A stretch of DNA of 64,000 bases from Monocercomonoides exilis PA203 (taxonomy: Eukaryota; Protista; Preaxostyla): the NCBI GenBank assembly GCA_001643675.2, contig LSRY02000027.1, positions 310,001-374,000 of the forward strand, given 5' to 3'. The notes under the pieces are model-generated. The model had not been told where the DNA came from. It searched no databases and saw only the letters and a program-made list of their open reading frames with translations. The number at the start of each line of letters is the position of its first letter. Within the stretch, counting starts at the first letter, position 1. The position numbers and the translations under genes were made by a program. Shown here piece by piece: positions 23,884 to 35,912 of this stretch.

Positions 23884-24680
23884 TGACACTTGAAAACAAA
23901 AAGTTATGCGAATAAAAAATTTGTGTTTCATTGATCATAATGAAAAAGCAGTGCATTTCTTTTTAATATTGATTTAATAATTTTTTCTTTCATATTCGAT
24001 GATTATTTTCTAAAATGAAAATAATGGGATTGATTGTCTGTGGAATTAATTGCACGTCAGTGACGCAACTTCCTCCACTGACTGACGTGAAGATCAGTTT
24101 TCCAAATTTCCGCAGATGTTTTAACCATATTAATTGTTAATAATTTCATCAACATTTTTTATATTAATGAATTTTTTTAAATATCTTCATTCAGCAAAAA
24201 TATCATCAAATTTTTTTAATTATATTTTTGTCAGATTTTTTTGAAGCTCGCATGTTTTTTTCTTAATGGAAATGAGTTTTTGAAAATGTAATAGTATTCA
24301 CGCAAGTGAAATTTCATGAGCAGGAACAGTAATTTCGTCATAATATAAGATTTTGCATCATATTGATAATAAAACAAATACGATTTTTTTAAATAGATTT
24401 TTTTTTCTCTGCATATTAAAAAACAATTATATTTTTTCCTATTTTTCATGGGGTTGTTATTATTTTGGATTCATAAAAAAAATAACATCGAAAGAATAAA
24501 ATTTGATAATTCGATCACAATTTGAACTTAGGTGTGAAAATAAACTGCATCATAGCAATAATTGCCAAACATCATTTTGAAAATAAAAAAATTGATAATC
24601 CTCAAACAGCAATATAAAAAAATAAAATAAGTGATTCGAACAACAGCAAGCGAGTAAATCATGAAAATGATCAATTGAAG

Positions 24681-24728
<48 letters not shown>
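24681..24728 (+). repeat. Poly-A tract (48 nt)
   Basis: Uninterrupted A run ~90 bp past the GTPase stop codon (poly-T on that gene's sense strand). Confidence 0.95.
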
Positions 24729-24730
<2 letters not shown>

Positions 24731-24818
24731 CCTTTTTGAGAAAAATAAGATTGCAACAAAATTAATACATCTGTTTTTTGCTTTCTTCATCAAAAGAATA
24801 GCTCTTAATTTGTTATTA

Positions 24819-27485
24819 TCACTCTTCTTTTTCTGGATTTAATGACAATTCTGTAAACTCTTGCAAATATCCTTTGCATTCGAATACTTCATTCCAAATG
24901 TGTAATATACCTTCAACAGCATCTGAAACGCGATCCAGATCATACTTTTCATTAGTCATCAGGTTGATTTTACCTTTATATTTTGGAGCAAGCCCAATTC
25001 TATTCATTGCATCCACAAACCTGGCAATAATCCTAAAATCTTCATTAGGCTGCAATAGATAAGACAAATCAAATTGCTTCTTTTCAACTTTTCGCTCGCT
25101 CAAAGATCTTTGAGATAGTTCCTCAAATTGTCTGCTCTCAAATGAACATTGCGTACATGGTGTTACGGATGATGATGGCGATGTAGAAGAAGAAGTTGAA
25201 TGAGAAGGATTAGGAGGAAGGCAAGGAGGAAGAAGAAGAGGAGGAGGAAGACGAAGTGGAGGAACAGTAGGATGATGATGATGAAGAAAAGGTTTAGGAG
25301 GAGGAGGAGGAGGAGGAGGAGGAAGAGAAGAAGGAGAAGGAGAAGGAGAAGAAGGAGAAGGAGAAGAAGGAGTAGGAGAAGAAGGAGAAGAAGCAGAAGC
25401 AGAAGCAGAATCATCTGCAACATAACAGAAAGAAGAAGAAGAAGAAGAATAAAAAGGAGGAATGGATCGTGAAGTATCTTCTCCAGTTTCTTTTTCCACT
25501 TCATTGATGTATTTCTCTGGAACAAATATTCTCGCAAAGTTGTATAACTTCATCATCAGATCCAAATTTTCATTCCATTCATTTTCGCATTCCTCGCAAA
25601 ATTCGAAACATTTATTTAACTTTGATGATCTGCTTATCCAAATTTCTTCCATATTTTTCAACTCTTCACACATTTTCTCCTTCTTACCTTTTTCTTTCTC
25701 CTTTTTGTGTTTTTCATCATCCATTTTTTTGTTTCCTCTCAATTTGCAACATAGTTCATCGTAATGTGAGTCTGCTTTTTTTTCTATTTCCTTTTTTTCT
25801 TTTTCAATTTGATTTTTCATGAGTTGAAATTCCAGAATCTTCTGAGAATTTGATGGAATATCACGCATAGGCGCATACAGTTCAATTTTTCCTTTGCATT
25901 CACTTGTCTCATTTGCAAACATCATGGGTACACCCAATCCGGCCATAACATAAACTATATTTCCCAAATGCCTGAATGTGTTGGGCGCTCTGAATGTTCC
26001 TTGCAGCTTTCCTCCTTCGATACATAGCTTTTCTGCGCGTGTGTGTTTGTTTCCAGAAGTAAACTTAACAGTTGTATTCGGAACATTGATTGGTTTATGA
26101 ATAATATATTCATTTGAAGAATAATTTTCGTGCACGTCAAACTTTACAGTTTCGTATTTCACTCGTTCATCTTTGTCAAGCTTATTTATATTTTTCTGAC
26201 ACCTTTGAATTTCTTCGTCACATCTTTTGGCAGCATTTCTTTCATTTTTAACAATACTCATTAACATGTTGATAGGTTGGAAATTCATTTTCCCTAAAGC
26301 TTCATCAATTTGTTGCACTTGTGTGGAAACATCCGAATACAATTTGCTATTCTCATTCGTAAGTACTTTGCAAGCATCTACAACATCTTTCAAATAGTTT
26401 GGAATTCGTTGTCTTCCTCTCATTGCTAATGCCAGCCAATAAAACTTATTCGCCATTGTTGTGATTGAATCGATAAACCTGTCATAATATTTCGAGAAAA
26501 ATTCAAGATTCACGTCGCAAGGATCTCGATAATTATTCGAATCCTCAATCTTTTGAGTAAGTTGTTCAACGGAGCAAGCTAATGTTGGATCATAATGAAG
26601 CATTCTGCCTTCAGCAATTGCCTTGTCCCACAGATAAATGATTTGCATTTCATTCAAACCGATTCTTGCTTCTTCCAATTCCGTTCCTGTTGCATTTTGA
26701 GCTTTGTCCAAAAGTGTTTCCATTATTTGTTTAGGTGTCATACTTGTTGAAACCTCAGAAAACCGATCGGCAATTTTTTCTATTGTGGCATTTTTGAGTT
26801 TTTCAATATTCTCATTCAAAAGATCTTGGGCTTCTTTTATTATTTCTTCTGCATCTGCCCTTCCATCATACGAACCAGATTCCTTTTTCGCTTGCAAACG
26901 ATCTTTCATTATAATTATCCTTTTCTCTTTGCATTTATTGGCAAGAAACAGAACTGGCATGTTCTTGTTTCTGCATTTCTTGTTTAACACTCCCATGTCG
27001 TTATGCGCATTTGTCAAGTTTTGGTAATTGGCAAATTCTGTGAGATAAACAACCATCACCTTTTTTGCATATCTCTGATAAAACTGCAAGATCAACGAAC
27101 TGACAACATCTTCAATGACGTTTAATTCTTTTCCATAAAACCCACGTGTGTCTAGCAAGGAAAGTTTTCCATTAAGTTTGTAGGCTTTTGGAATCTTGGT
27201 TTCAGAACATACTCCTTTTCCCATTGAGGCTGCTTTCTCCAAACTTGTTCTTGCAACAAGATCTCCTTTGTCATCTTCTTCCATTACCATTCCTCTGAGT
27301 CTATTTATCAAGGTGCTTTTTCCAACCTGACTTCTTCCAAAGAAAAAGACCAGATTTTCAAACAATTCACATTCAGCGCATCTTTTGCTAAATTCATCCA
27401 TTATTTGTGACAAATCTTCAATCGTAAATTCAATTTTTGTATCACCTTTTCCTTCATTTTTCAATCGATCAATATGAGGTATCAT
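24819..27485 (-). CDS. P-loop GTPase (TRAFAC class; AIG1/septin/MMR_HSR1-like) with helical/coiled-coil C-terminal region
   Basis: Single 888-aa ORF. G1 GRSQVGKST, G2 SETK, G3 DTRG, G4-like ANKCK; coiled-coil segments and a Pro/Ser-rich insert. Confidence 0.8.
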   Translation of the reverse strand: MIPHIDRLKNEGKGDTKIEFTIEDLSQIMDEFSKRCAECELFENLVFFFGRSQVGKSTLINRLRGMVMEEDDKGDLVARTSLEKAASMGKGVCSETKIPKAYKLNGKLSLLDTRGFYGKELNVIEDVVSSLILQFYQRYAKKVMVVYLTEFANYQNLTNAHNDMGVLNKKCRNKNMPVLFLANKCKEKRIIIMKDRLQAKKESGSYDGRADAEEIIKEAQDLLNENIEKLKNATIEKIADRFSEVSTSMTPKQIMETLLDKAQNATGTELEEARIGLNEMQIIYLWDKAIAEGRMLHYDPTLACSVEQLTQKIEDSNNYRDPCDVNLEFFSKYYDRFIDSITTMANKFYWLALAMRGRQRIPNYLKDVVDACKVLTNENSKLYSDVSTQVQQIDEALGKMNFQPINMLMSIVKNERNAAKRCDEEIQRCQKNINKLDKDERVKYETVKFDVHENYSSNEYIIHKPINVPNTTVKFTSGNKHTRAEKLCIEGGKLQGTFRAPNTFRHLGNIVYVMAGLGVPMMFANETSECKGKIELYAPMRDIPSNSQKILEFQLMKNQIEKEKKEIEKKADSHYDELCCKLRGNKKMDDEKHKKEKEKGKKEKMCEELKNMEEIWISRSSKLNKCFEFCEECENEWNENLDLMMKLYNFARIFVPEKYINEVEKETGEDTSRSIPPFYSSSSSSFCYVADDSASASASSPSSPTPSSPSPSSPSPSPSSLPPPPPPPPPKPFLHHHHPTVPPLRLPPPLLLPPCLPPNPSHSTSSSTSPSSSVTPCTQCSFESRQFEELSQRSLSERKVEKKQFDLSYLLQPNEDFRIIARFVDAMNRIGLAPKYKGKINLMTNEKYDLDRVSDAVEGILHIWNEVFECKGYLQEFTELSLNPEKEE

Positions 27486-28412
27486 TCAATGTTGTTAAAT
27501 ATTATGTCCACCCATAAAACTTCAATATCAAAGAAAAATAATTGGTGCTATCCCAAAAAGTGGAAAAAACAATTCATGATTTTCGTTTTCTATGAAAATC
27601 TTCATCAAAATAAAATGATAATTTGAAATTGAACTTCTTAACATGTTCAAAGCAAACCTGATTGAAACAAAGCGAGTATTTTTCATGGATTTCATTTTTA
27701 TGATCTTAATAATGAAAAAATATCAGGGAAAGAGAGAATAAAAGTTAAATTGATGTGAAGGAATGTAGGTTCATGTTAAAATGAAGCTATTTCATTGGGT
27801 TAATTTTAGTTTTTAGGGCTTGAATAAAGAAAATGGTGCAAAATTCTTTCATTTATGAAAAAAACAACAATTTGTTCCAAACTTTTTCTGAAATCATAAC
27901 GTAATATGTCATCCAAAATAATGCAAAATATAATTCAGATATTATTAAAAATTGACAATTTTGCATTATATAACGAGGAACAAAATTCATAAAGCAAAAT
28001 ATTTTATCCCAATTGTCATTAGACAGAAATATTCTAAATGGAATATAACTTGAACAGTTCTGAATGAAAATTAATGATGCACACGGTGATATCTTATTTA
28101 TCAGTGCATATGTGTTCAAGTTTCGTATTTTGTACGGTTTTTTCCTTCCTATTATAATTTGTTATAATTTAAATTTCTTTGCTCATATCATTTTTTTAAC
28201 TTCATTTTAATCTTAATTCAAATTATGAAAACTTGCAAAAAATTTTTTACTAAAAATGTGAAATGTACACACAGCCTTAATAGAAATAATAAGAAAATGG
28301 AATTTGTCAAAATACATTGAATTTTTTAATACATTTGTTTTCAAATATCTAAGAACATTAGAAACAAAAAGCAGACAAGCAAACAAAAAACATTCAAACA
28401 GTCTCACAAACT

Positions 28413-31234
28413 TCAGTATTCCCCCAAAGCTCTTCTCAGTTGTTCAGGAGTTAATGGCTTTGAGTTATAAGGAGCTTCTTCAGGCATGGTATATGTTACA
28501 AAAAAGTGATGATCTCTTGGTCCGCTTTCAATCCTTTCACCTTTTTCATCAGGATTATCACCAGAACTTCGAAAAGTCTTATCTGCAGAAGCCTGATAAG
28601 AATTGTGACGGGAATAAGTGGAAGCACGTGATGGTGAAACATCCGATACAGACACAGAACGAGAATGGCGATTGGAGCGGTTTTCGCCTCTTGTTGAATC
28701 ATGATGAATTGTTGCTGAAAACGATCGTGGGCGAGACAATGAGCGGGAATATGAATTAGAGTGATGGTAAGACGCAGAAGGCGAGCGTTGTGGAGACTCC
28801 ATCGGAGACGATGGAGGCAGAACATGCGGGCGCTGCGAGGATGGTGTGGAGGATTCAGATCTGGACGATCGCGAGGATGAGTGAGTGTAAGAACGGTGGT
28901 GGTGGTGATGAGAGTGTGGTGTGCGACTTATTTGCCTAGAGTGATGCGCATGAAATGGAGTGACCTGCTCACTTGCAGTCGAGGTATACGAAGCACTATC
29001 AACAGATCCAGAATTGCGCGAAGTGTTGCTGTCCCATTCACTTCGAGATGCACTTTCTGAATCGCCATCATAGCTGCTCCTTTGGCTTTCGGTTCCACTT
29101 TCACTGCCTTCATCTGTACCTCTGGAATTGTGACCAGGCTTCCACATCACTCCACCAGGGCATCCTTCATTGACTGTGGAAGGCGATAGGGTAATTCCGC
29201 AATAAGCACAACGCATCCTTAGCTGGGAGAGAAGAAGAAGTTGATGGTCTGCAATTTCTTTCCACTGGGTTATCTGTTGCGAGAGATCGGCAATTGTTTT
29301 TGTTGAGGTTGAAGAAGTTGGCAAAGGCATAGCAGAATGCACGGACTGACTTGAAGAAGGAACAGGTGTTGAAAATGGTGAACTGCGTTCGTACTTTGGA
29401 AATGCTGAAGAAGCCCTGCTGGGTGAGCTTCTCCCTTCGCTTTCTCTGCGCCTTTCATCTCTTCTTCGTTGAATGTGCTCCTCCAAAACCGATTCTCTTC
29501 TGGAGGAATATGTTGCACCCATTGCATCTTGAATGCCTCTAATTTCATCAGGAATGTCCGAGCCGTCAATAGAATCTGCTTCGGCAAATGCATTCCCACT
29601 TTCTATGGCTGCTTTCCGTTGGAGAAGATGCTCCACTGTTGCCTTTGTTGAAGGATAATTTCTGAAATGAATGTGTTCATATTAATTTAATATGACAAAA
29701 ATATTATTTTATATTCAACGTTAATTGATTTTCAAAATAGAGTGTCATACCGTAAAAAGAATATTTGATCAATTATAGCAGCACCAACTGGATTTGTGGT
29801 TGGCGCCTGAATAACAGGAGAAGGGACAATCATGCTTCCATATGGTGAAATTGAAGACAAAAAAGATTTTGTGCTCGTTGAAGTTGTCAAAAGCGATGGA
29901 GGAGCAATAGATTGAGATAATCCAGAAACAGTTGAAAGCGAACCTACTGACGATGTCTGAGGTGCTGTAATCGCAGATGAATTTTGGGATAAAGTGCTAA
30001 AAGATGGTTGTGTAGATAACACTCTCATCAAATTGTCGATCATTGCAAGATCATCCTAAGTTAATTGTCGAATAAAGAAATTGAAAATACGTAACGTTCA
30101 ATATCATATTTGATACATAAATTTAAAACATGAAAAAAAAGTTGAAGATAATCATTCAAAAACTTGCTAAAGGGCATACTCTGGCCATTCGAATGGAATG
30201 CTGAAGAACAGCCTGCTTTGTTCCAGTGGCATTTTTCAACCGCTGACGAATTCCTTCAAAGAAAGCGCGTGTTTCATCATCAACTTTTTGCTTTGTTGAA
30301 TGAATATCAATTAGTTTATCTTCCAGTCTCCGTTCTGTTTCTCCCAATGTCTCTCTTAATCCAGCGAGTGAAGTTGCTGCAACAGATGAAAGTTGAGTGT
30401 GTCTTTGATGATATGCATCAGTAATGCTGATGCACAAGTGACCATCTCCTACATGAGGTGCAGATAATGGAAACTGTAAGGTTGAGTTGGAAGAAATCAC
30501 AGATTGCTGAGGTGTTATTTGAGTGCTCTGAGTTACAGATGAGTAAGGAGGAGGCTGCATCTGTGTTGCAGATTTTGCGCCACAACATACAGCGCAACAT
30601 ACTTCTTCGCATGTTTGACAATAAAACTACATTTATTGTTTATTTATCAATGAAAAGGTAGACAATTGCATAATTTACTTGTCATACTTCAATTCTTTGT
30701 CCTGGATGTATCAAGCAGTTTGATTGCGTTCTATATATTACGCTTTGTTCCGGTTTAACTCTGTTTTTTTAAAAAGATTTTTTTCAAAAATTATTTAAAA
30801 CTTCAACCAACTATATACCTTTCATGCAGTAAAGTTGCCTGTATGAAATGTGCGGAAGAATTACATTGTTCGCAAAACATCATGTCACATTGAATGCAAT
30901 ACACAGTTGCTGGCTTTTCTTTGCAATGCTCACATATAAGTGAATTAACAGATGAATTTGAAGATAACTCATTAGTCTTATTGGCTGACTGCTTTGATTG
31001 CGCTTCTAATAACTCTAATCTGAAAATTTAAACAAGTAAATATATCATCAAACTTTCAGTCTTATGTGTAGTCTCTTTCTCTTTTTTTGAAGATTTTTCA
31101 ACCTTCTTTGAGCTTTTTTCTTTTGTTCCTTTTTTTCCTTTTGCTTTCTTCTCTTCTTTTTCTCCTTTCTTTCCTTTCTTTGGAGAATCTCCCTTTTTGG
31201 TCTTTTCTTTTTTCTCTTCTTTTTTAGAAGGCAT
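28413..31234 (-). CDS. Tandem B-box zinc finger / coiled-coil protein, multi-exon
   Basis: Lys-rich exon 1 (MPSKKEEKK...). Exon 2 LICEHCKEKPATVYCIQCDMMFCEQCNSSAH is B-box 1; CLIHP..FYCQTCEEVCCAVC..GH is B-box 2. Coiled-coil exons (30156-30560, 29732-30043) and last exon to the TGA at 28413; introns are GT-AG. Confidence 0.78.
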
Positions 31235-32199
31235 TTTTCACCTTTTTTAAATTGAAATATTTCTATTATAGTAATCGATCAATGAATGAGATTATTGAAT
31301 AGATCAAAGTTTCATTTTCAATTTTGATTATTTTCTTTGGTGTAGATGAATCATGCACTTCAAAAAGAAGTAATAGTGTTATACAAAGAAGACTTACTTC
31401 TTCAAAAAATAATGTTAAAATTCAAGAATCAAATGAGGCAGCACAAACTATTTCAACAATTAACGATAATCCATCGTAGAATAAAAAAAATGTTGACAAT
31501 TCCCCAATTTTCTCCATTCTCCGTGCAACATCAAAAGTCTTTAACAGATAAAACAGTCATCTATTCTTCTGTTAATTCAACAAATATTTTAAAAACTTGC
31601 AGTATTCAGCTACGTCCGATTCTTCTTTCAACAGCAGATCTTACAGCAAAGCATATATCAATGATTTATTTTTTACATCTTAACATGGTTGTATTTGCAC
31701 TTATTGCACGTATTAATTCTGCAAACGATAGAATACTAAATCTTATTCATTAACTGTCAATATTTATGATCTTTTAATAATTCTTTATTTTTTTGTTTTA
31801 TGTGAAAAAATAATATTTTAAACACGGAACTTATATTGCTTTGCATTTTACTAAAAATTTGAAATATTTTTGAATTATTAAAAAACTTAAGAATGGTTTT
31901 CTTTGATTGATAAACATATGCGATTGGCCATTTTGCCAACTAAAAAAAGAGCTCATGGTAATTTGATTTTTCTGAACAATTTATTTTGATCTGTGACCAA
32001 TTTTTAACTTTCAAGTTACTGTTGAAGTTCATATTTTTTGAAAATGAAAGATAATTTAAATTTAATGAATTTATAAATTTGAAGGTGCAATATTAGAATT
32101 TATGCCAAGTAAAAAAATGATAATTTGCTCTGATTAAGAGATTATTTAGGCTCTTATTTTGATTGAGATAATTTTCCTGCGGCTGATGATAATTGCAAA

Positions 32200-32860
32200 A
32201 GCGCTTAATTCCAATCACACTCTTCTCTATGTCTGTTCCAATGACTGAAATCTTCTTTTCTCCAATCTCAACTGTTGTTGCTTCGCTTTGATGATTTCCA
32301 TCCATCAATGTGACTGACACACTAATTTGTATTTCACACATCTCAAATCCCTTCTTCACTGTTTTACACGGAAATGTTGTATTTGTCCCACAAAGTGGAG
32401 ATGTATCATTTCCATTCACCGAAACATATATCGTCTTGTCCTTCAGCCAATCCCACTTTTCTGTGTGCTGAAATTTCCAACTCCCTGAATTCGATAAATT
32501 ATATCCATAACATACTCTCTGACCATCTGTGTTTGTTGTGTAACATTCTTTAAACGGATTTCCTGAATTTAAATAGACATTATAAGCATCAACATATTCA
32601 ACATCATGTCCATATGGAGTGGAGGTTGTTCTGCATTTGCATTCATGGAAGAACAGAAAATAACAATAAATAATATGATTTTGTGCTGTTAGCTTGTTTG
32701 GATCAAAATAAAATCCTCCTCCATATGTAGTTGCTGAACATGAGATAAACTGAATGCTCCTCATTTTGAATTGTGTGATTGGAATATTTGCACGATACAT
32801 GCCTCCACCATTTTAATTTGTAACCGAGCATGAAGTGAAAATGCAGTCAAACACACACTC
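32200..32860 (-). pseudogene. Fragment of a lineage-expanded surface/adhesin-like (GGG/GGA beta-helix) protein family
   Basis: SCSATTYGGGFY, YGHDV and IYVSVNGNDTSPLCG...PCKTV motifs resemble repeats in the 38-50 kb gene. In-frame stop just upstream (SCSVTN*NGGGMY), abrupt loss of similarity after SVIG, no signal peptide or TM helix. Confidence 0.65.
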
Positions 32861-33722
32861 GTTTTATCTATTTTTATTTTCTTTGACTTTACCTCCTGGC
32901 CATGAAACATTTAGAGTGTTAAGCTGTTAACTTCTTCTTTGATAACTTATTTTGTTTCCAAAGCTGTCTTCAACTGATCTAAACTCCCAATGAATCATGA
33001 TAACGAACTCCTTCCTCCTTAATTTATTCGATCGGAGATGAATTGAATGAATCATTTATAATGCGAACAGAATTAATTTTTTCTTGTTCAATTCATACCT
33101 CACCATGACATTCGAAACAATCAATTTGCAAACATCTAGAAGCACGAATTTTTAAATCACAATAATTTCCGCGGTTATTTTTCCGTGTAATGTATTATCG
33201 ATTTAAAAATTTCCATTTTCACTTTCCTTTATCATAATTTATCATTTTCATCATCTTATTCATCCTTATTCGCTTATTTTTCAAATACAAACCTTTTATC
33301 AGTGTTCATTTTATATCTCCTCCGATTAAGTATTTATTTATTAATTTTTTCTTTTTGAAAAATTATCTCAATTCCTTATTGCTTGCTAATAATAATCGCA
33401 TTTAATTGGAACAACAAAGTTATGGCAAACTGAATGATGTAAAAAATGACATTAATTTATCAATCATCCTCCCTCCTTATTATTGACCAACAAATTGAAT
33501 TTCAATTTTTTTTTGAGATAAAACCGAAAAAAGTAATGAAAAATAAAAAGAAATCCACTAAAAAATATTTTTCAAGATGTATCATTTTTGTCAAAAGTAT
33601 CTGTTCGAATTGATATGTTCATAAAATGCTTCCAATCATTTATCGAAAACAAACAATCGATCAATTGGAGTAATAAATATTTTAAGAAATTTTCTTTCAT
33701 TATTCTCTTTTTATTTGTTATA

Positions 33723-35633
33723 ATGTCACAAAAATCATGTTTTGAGGATGTGACATGTGAAGCAAGGGAAATAGATGAAGGTTTTAGATAATAATGATAA
33801 CTTTTTCAGTTCTTCATAAAATACAAAAATTTATTTTTTTATTAAGATGATCCCATTTTGATGCAAGTTCTTGCAAAGTCTCTTGAAGAATTTCATAACA
33901 AAGGAAAAAGCATGCAAGATATGGCCTCATCTTCTGAAAGTTCAAGCGATGAAGATTTAGGCATTACTCCTCCAATTACAGAATTGCCTCATTATATTAA
34001 ACTTGGAAAAGGAACTGTTGAAGTTGACTCCTTTTGTCACATGCATTCAATGACTCATGTTCTTCAAGAACCTGGGGGACCAGCTTGGAGCGCGACAGTT
34101 GCACGTGATGGCAAAAATGATGATTTTGCTTTCCATTTGATTCAATTACTGCAACATAACCAAGATTCACCATATTACTTATGGCATCGCTGGAGTGGAG
34201 ATTTTAAAATGATGCAACTTATGCTAAATGCTTCAAGCGGTTCATCTTCAAAATACAAAGATATGCTCTTAAAATTAGGATACTTATCACGATTTAATGT
34301 ATACTTAACAATGAACGAAGCGAAGCAAGCATTCCGCGAAGAATTTCTATGCACAACTGGATATGCCTTTCCCTTGAAAGTTAAAGCACTCAATGAAGAT
34401 GGAGTACTTGAGGAAGTGCAAGATCCGTCTCGACTATGGGCAGGTGCTGGAGCATCAAAGAACAAAGAGGTGAGTGATTTTATCGAAAGCATTTCCAAGC
34501 CATCACTTTTTTCTTCTCGACTTGCTGAATGTGGAATTAATTTCAGCGTTTTACCTTTGAACGAACTATCTCCATGGCATTTTTCTGCGGCTTATTCAAT
34601 TTTGCTGGATATGAAAAACGTTCTTAATAAAAAGACATTTATTGATACAACCGTTCCAAGGAATGTTACAAATACTGCGCTTCCCTTATTACCATCATCG
34701 TCTTCGGAATCAGCATCAGCATCGTCATCATCGTCTGCTTCTTCTTCATCAACACCAGGCAGTGTCGAGCAGGAAGGGAGGGCACCTGGATGGGAGCTGG
34801 CATCGCTTAAGGAGCTATGTGACGAGTACAACACGCTTCTTCCGCCTGTTCCAGGGAAAGAAATAACGCCATCAAATGCTGCCTGCCTTGTGAATGGAAA
34901 GCTCGCGAGCATCATTCCACTCTCAGGCGCGATTGACTCGTTTCGGAGGGTCAATGCACCGCCAGTGTATGGCGAGTCTCTGACTGGCGCTATTCTCCGC
35001 TCGCTGAACACGATTGTCGAGCCGCTGAACGCAGATGACCCGCGCTATGTGATGATCTCAGAGTATTACCTGAACACACGCGGGAGCGCCCATTCAACTT
35101 ACCCGATCAAGTCGATCTTTGCCATCACCCGCCCGGACGAAGACACAAGATTCAAGCCATGGGAGACGAACAGCAACCGAATGTACCTCTGGCACGGCAC
35201 AGCAACTGCGAGCATTCTGAGCATTCTCTCGTCGGGGCTGCGTTCGTCGCAGTCGTTTGCGCCGCCAGGGAACCAGCTGGCGCAAGGGCTGTTTGGCATC
35301 TTCTTTGCAGACTTGGCTGAGAAGTCGCTGCAATACTGCTGCAAGCTCGGCAAAGAGGATTTTTTGCACCTTCTTGTCTGCGAAGTGGCTCTTGGGGTCG
35401 TCGACACTTCGGGGCAGGCTTGGGGCTATGGGCCTAAGCCTGGATGCGACTCAGTCCTGGTCTCGGGCACCTCTGTCCCAGACCCAGCGGATCTCAAGAC
35501 ACTCGCACCAGGCTTGAAAATACCATTGGGCAAGGTTAAACGTTCACAAGGTAGCAGATCACATAGCGAATATGTCGTGTTCAACCCATCTCAAATAAAA
35601 ATAAAATATGTACTGAGAATAACTTACCATTAG
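33723..35633 (+). CDS. PARP: Poly(ADP-ribose) polymerase family protein (WGR-like + PARP regulatory + catalytic domains)
   Basis: Exon 1 33723-33780, intron 33781-33846, in frame with ORF 33858. WGR-like FHLIQLL..YYLWHRWSG..AKQAFREEF..TG; regulatory LPLNELS..AYSIL..YNTLLP; catalytic NRMYLWHGT..SILSSGLR..GIFFAD..KSLQY..LLVCEVALG..SEYVVFNPSQIKIKYVL. Confidence 0.92.
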
Positions 35634-35912
35634 CAAAATTTTTTATCCGTTTAAATTTATATTCTTTTTATTTATATCGCTTTACCTTTTTGATATTTTT
35701 GTGATTTTTTGAAAATTTTTTATGTGTTGAAAATAATAAAAAATATGCTTGGGAATCAAATAGCTTCAATTTATAATTTCAATAATAAAAAATACTTTAA
35801 TGAAAGAAAGCGATGAACTGAATAGTGTTATTCTTAATGAGTGAGAATTTGTTATTCGTTGCAAATAAATTGACCCTTTACAAAAATAGTTGATTTGAAA
35901 TTCTTGTATTTC

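Noticed and set aside
24681-24728. Poly-A as evidence that the GTPase is a retrocopy
   Set aside because: The tract is poly-T on the gene's sense strand and no TSD was found.
31346-31939. AT-rich ORFs of 135 and 60 aa
   Set aside because: Composition matches intergenic DNA and no motifs are present; at most unidentifiable decayed sequence.
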